A DNA stretch of 64,000 nucleotides from positions 192,001 through 256,000 of the forward strand of contig DAHVLZ010000009.1 in assembly GCA_027320085.1 (NCBI GenBank), read 5' to 3'. Below, in pieces: positions 60,771 through 64,000 of this stretch. This DNA is from Pseudomonadota bacterium. GTDB lineage: Bacteria > Pseudomonadota > Gammaproteobacteria > JAKAQQ01. Each line of letters starts with the position of its first letter. Position 1 is the first letter of the stretch. The notes beneath the pieces are model-generated. The model saw only the letters and a list, made by a program, of their open reading frames with translations, was not told the DNA's origin and searched no databases. A program made the position numbers and the translations under genes.

Positions 60771-62099
60771 TTAATCCCAGGGGCGTTTCACCTTAACGAA
60801 CTTCACGTTTTGCGGTCTGATCTGCGGAGAAGCAACGGGAGCACCCACGTGCACCTGCCATTTCTCCGTAAGAATCAGGGCATAACTGAATCGTGCATAG
60901 GTCTTGAAGATCAACGCGGTCCCAACCTTGATCGGCAGAATGTGCGCATCCGATGAACGGTCGCCAAAAGCCCGCCGATCTTCGACATTCTCTCCCGGCC
61001 GAAACACATCCAAGACATTACCCGGTTTGAGTCCCTGACGGCGGCCCAGATCGATAACCACAATGTCATATTGTCCAATATCGGGGAAGCGCGTTGCCAT
61101 CGCTACAATCTGTCCTTGGACCAGAGACCGGGGCAGACTCGGAACCCAGTTCTGGTAAACCCCTTTTTCGGTGAGTGGCATCAACCGGTCTCCAGGCCGA
61201 ATCTCCACAGTCGAATGCACCAAGAGGAACAGTGCGGGGTGACCTAGACGCAGGAGCCGGACTTTCCCCACTTCGACTACCTCATATCCCAAACGTTCGC
61301 CGGAAGACCATTGACGGATCGGCTGAATCAACCGGACCAGTGCATATCTTCGATGTACTCCTACAGCAGGCAGCCCCCGGACATAGACCCGCTCCACCGG
61401 AGCGGCATAGGTCATGCGGCGAACCGAACGCAGGACGTAGGGGAGATGTTGATAGCCCCTCAGGCTTACTGCTCGGGGCTGATCAAAAAATGGTGCAATG
61501 TCGGCATAGGGAATCACGGCGATAGGCGAGCGGAGCGGGCGAACAACCATCCGGGGGCGCAAATTGACCGTCGGGATGGAAGATTCCATCCTCCGCCTCA
61601 GCAGGCCCTTAAGGTAACGGCGCGAGGTTGATGCAACGGGGGCTTGCCCACGCATGATGGTCAACTCACGGTGCCCATAGTGATATCCCAAGAAAATGGT
61701 ATCGCCGGGATAAATGAGGTCTGGATTTCTGATCCCTCGATTGAGATACCAGATATCCGGCCAGCGCCAAGGGCTGCGGAGATAGCGCGATGCAATCCCC
61801 CAGAGAGTATCCCCCGGACGGATGATATAACGAACCGGCACATGACTCCGGATCACACGGCCGTGCTGGACAGACTGCCTACGTGTCTGCGCCGGGGCAG
61901 AAGGAGTAGAGGCTGTGAAGGCTTTAACCCGAGCGGTGGTCACCCGATGTGGGGGCACGACGGTCGAACTGCAACTAGCCAAGAAAACAGCGCAAGACAA
62001 AGACAGTGCCAAGCGGATCGGCACCTTTAGGTACCCTAACTGTCGGCTGGGTGGGGTACAATAAAAGTAGGCCCTTTTGATTCGCCCAAACATCGCCAT
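60771..62099 (-). CDS. LysM protein, TsaP-like (start may be GTG 62024; possible lipobox LASC)
   Basis: YIIRPGDTLWGIA..YL..PW.WP.IW..N..I.NPDLIYPGD; divergent from def. Confidence 0.85.
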   Translation of the reverse strand: MAMFGRIKRAYFYCTPPSRQLGYLKVPIRLALSLSCAVFLASCSSTVVPPHRVTTARVKAFTASTPSAPAQTRRQSVQHGRVIRSHVPVRYIIRPGDTLWGIASRYLRSPWRWPDIWYLNRGIRNPDLIYPGDTIFLGYHYGHRELTIMRGQAPVASTSRRYLKGLLRRRMESSIPTVNLRPRMVVRPLRSPIAVIPYADIAPFFDQPRAVSLRGYQHLPYVLRSVRRMTYAAPVERVYVRGLPAVGVHRRYALVRLIQPIRQWSSGERLGYEVVEVGKVRLLRLGHPALFLLVHSTVEIRPGDRLMPLTEKGVYQNWVPSLPRSLVQGQIVAMATRFPDIGQYDIVVIDLGRRQGLKPGNVLDVFRPGENVEDRRAFGDRSSDAHILPIKVGTALIFKTYARFSYALILTEKWQVHVGAPVASPQIRPQNVKFVKVKRPWD

Positions 62100-62177
62100 T
62101 CCTCAATTTCGGCTTGATCCCGATGCCCCATGCTATACAGGGCGGGGGCGAAGCGCAACGTCCAGACCACGAACCCC

Positions 62178-62693
62178 ATGACAACCCGTAGCATTGTGAT
62201 CTTTCCTGACCCCCGTTTGCGAACCAAAGCACAACCGGTGTCCGCGTTTGACCCTGTTTTACAGCGCCTGGTCAGCGATCTTTTCGAGACTATGCGTGAA
62301 GCCAATGGACTGGGTCTTGCCGCCACACAGATTGCTGAATTGCTTAGAGTTTTTGTAATGGATGTTTCAGAAGATGGTTCCTGCCCGATCGCCTTTGTTA
62401 ACCCCGTCATTGTGAGCCGAAAGGGGCAGCAGAAACGCCAAGAAGGCTGTCTTTCGATCCCAGGCGTTTATGCCGATGTCGTCCGTGCGGCGGAAATCCA
62501 TATCCAGGCGTTCGACCCGTTGGGGCAACCGTTCGAAAGAACCGCAGTGGCACTCGAAGCAGTGTGTATCCAGCACGAAATTGATCATCTGGATGGCCAC
62601 CTGTTTATCGACCATCTTTCCCCACTCAAGCGTGAGCGGGCTCTCGGGTCGCTTCGGGTCGGTGGGGAACGATCCGCATCCGGGATCTCGTGA
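62178..62693 (+). CDS. def: Peptide deformylase
   Basis: GLGLAATQI, EGCLS, QHEIDHLDG. Confidence 0.97.
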   Translation: MTTRSIVIFPDPRLRTKAQPVSAFDPVLQRLVSDLFETMREANGLGLAATQIAELLRVFVMDVSEDGSCPIAFVNPVIVSRKGQQKRQEGCLSIPGVYADVVRAAEIHIQAFDPLGQPFERTAVALEAVCIQHEIDHLDGHLFIDHLSPLKRERALGSLRVGGERSASGIS

Positions 62694-62697
62694 AGCG

Positions 62698-63633
62698 GTG
62701 AGTTTCCGTATCGTTTTTGCCGGAACTCCCCAATTTGCTGTCCCCACCCTTGCCGGCCTAGCTACCACCCACAAACTCGTCGCTATTCTGACCCAGCCGG
62801 ACCGCCCTCGCGGTCGGGGGCGGTCTTTTCAACCGACAGCAGTCAAAAGCTGGGCACTTGAACACCATATCGAAGTTTTCACTCCAACCTCCCTCACTGA
62901 CCGTGAAGTTCGGGAAGCCATTCGTGCCCTGCAGCCTGACTTCCTGATTGTGGTGGCTTATGGGCTTCTGTTCCCGCAGACATGGTTAGAACTACCCTCC
63001 ATAGGGGTGCTTAACGTGCACGCCTCCCTTCTACCCCGTTGGCGTGGAGCTTCACCCATTGAATACAGCTTGCTTGCAGGGGACCCGCAGAGCGGGGTTT
63101 CCATCCAGCAAGTGGTGAAGCAGCTGGATGCCGGACCAGTTTATCGCCAAAACCCGGTCGCCCTGCACCCCCACGAAAACCAGAGTTCCCTGTATAACCG
63201 ACTATCCGAACTGGGGGCCCAGAGTGTGCTTGATGTCCTCGCTACATGGGGACGGGTTGAACCAACCCCCCAGGATGAACGATTCGTCACTTTTGCCCCC
63301 AAGATCAATGCTGCCCATGCGGCCATTTCCTGGAACCAGCCAGCTCCCTTGATTGAGCGTCAGATCCGTGCTTTTGAAGCCCACCCGGGAGCTTGGACCT
63401 TGCATGCAGGACGCCGGATCAAAATCTTGGAAGCTCAAACACTCGATCTCCATGCCATGCAATTACCTGGCACATTCGTGCAGGGACCAGAAGAGACAAT
63501 CCGGGTAGCAACCAGCCAGGGATTTCTCTCAGTTCGGCGCCTGAAACCTGAAGGATCCAGAGACATGACCCCGGCACAGTGGCTGAACGGGCTCCAGTCC
63601 GGGCAACCATTCCGCTTTCATTCCACTCCTTAA
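62698..63633 (+). CDS. fmt: Methionyl-tRNA formyltransferase
   Basis: FAGTPQFA, TQPDRP.GRG, NVHASLLPRWRGA, LDAG. Confidence 0.97.
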   Translation: MSFRIVFAGTPQFAVPTLAGLATTHKLVAILTQPDRPRGRGRSFQPTAVKSWALEHHIEVFTPTSLTDREVREAIRALQPDFLIVVAYGLLFPQTWLELPSIGVLNVHASLLPRWRGASPIEYSLLAGDPQSGVSIQQVVKQLDAGPVYRQNPVALHPHENQSSLYNRLSELGAQSVLDVLATWGRVEPTPQDERFVTFAPKINAAHAAISWNQPAPLIERQIRAFEAHPGAWTLHAGRRIKILEAQTLDLHAMQLPGTFVQGPEETIRVATSQGFLSVRRLKPEGSRDMTPAQWLNGLQSGQPFRFHSTP

Positions 63634-63635
63634 AA

Positions 63636-64000
63636 ATGAAGGTCACAAAAGCGGTCCACGAAACGCATCTCCCCGTCCGCGCCCAAGCGGCATGGATCCT
63701 GCATCAGGTGCTACAGGGAACTCCCTTAGAACCCTTGTGGGAGGATTGGACACCAGGGCCGGAGGCAGCCTTTCTCCGTGAGATGGTCTACGGGACCCTG
63801 CGCTTTTATCCCCGACTATCCCTGCTCCTCTCCTGGCTTGCCCCCAAACGCCGGCTTGACCCCCTGATCCGGGCGCTTGCCCTGAGCGCACTCTACCAAC
63901 TGCTCCATCTTCGCGTACCCGTCCACGCAACGGTACACGAAAGTGTGGAGGCAGCTCGAGAACTGGGTTTCGCACCCGCCCAACCATTTGTCAATGCCAT
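63636..64000 (+). CDS. rsmB: 16S rRNA m5C967 methyltransferase, 5' part (runs off window; not in ORF track)
   Basis: Manual translation gives a NusB-like domain: EMVYGTLR, LYQL...RVP.HA.V.ESVE, FVNA; def-fmt-rsmB synteny. Confidence 0.88.
   Translation, partial: MKVTKAVHETHLPVRAQAAWILHQVLQGTPLEPLWEDWTPGPEAAFLREMVYGTLRFYPRLSLLLSWLAPKRRLDPLIRALALSALYQLLHLRVPVHATVHESVEAARELGFAPAQPFVNA

Overview
Compact core-chromosome segment of a Gammaproteobacterium. Its periplasm-facing proteins look very Arg/His-rich by eye, hinting at an acidophile (inference). Most of the window is tightly packed housekeeping genes: ftsE(3')-ftsX, LPS core (kdkA, GT9, hldD, waaF), groES/EL with a CIRCE and a sigma32-like promoter, ampD, bioA, rsmE, the Pil-Chp cluster (pilGHIJ-chpA-chpC), gshB-tonB-yqgE-yqgF-pyrB-pyrK, gmk-rpoZ-spoT-ridA, rph-rdgB, pepN, hemW, rpmE, gltA, mrcA, pilMNOPQ-aroKB, pyrF-hemE, hemB-aroE, tag, hemF-tsaC-topA-smg-LysM and def-fmt-rsmB(5'). 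Two accessory patches flank groESL. (1) At 6.55-8.08 kb, a decayed class IIC group II intron starts immediately after the groEL terminator, is truncated at a perfect hairpin, and is followed by an IS30-like scrap. (2) At 10.3-12.74 kb, an orphan module contains a TraB/Lnt-like nitrilase-fold membrane protein, an internal promoter with a hairpin-rich leader, and an FlhC/SetC-like Zn-finger activator. It has no recognisable FlhD, flagellar, tra or integrase genes nearby, and is the best candidate for an undescribed system. Several genes usually syntenic here are missing locally (dprA, pilK/chpB, pyrR/pyrC', yicC). All calls come from reading motifs by eye; no database searches were run, and many start codons are approximate.
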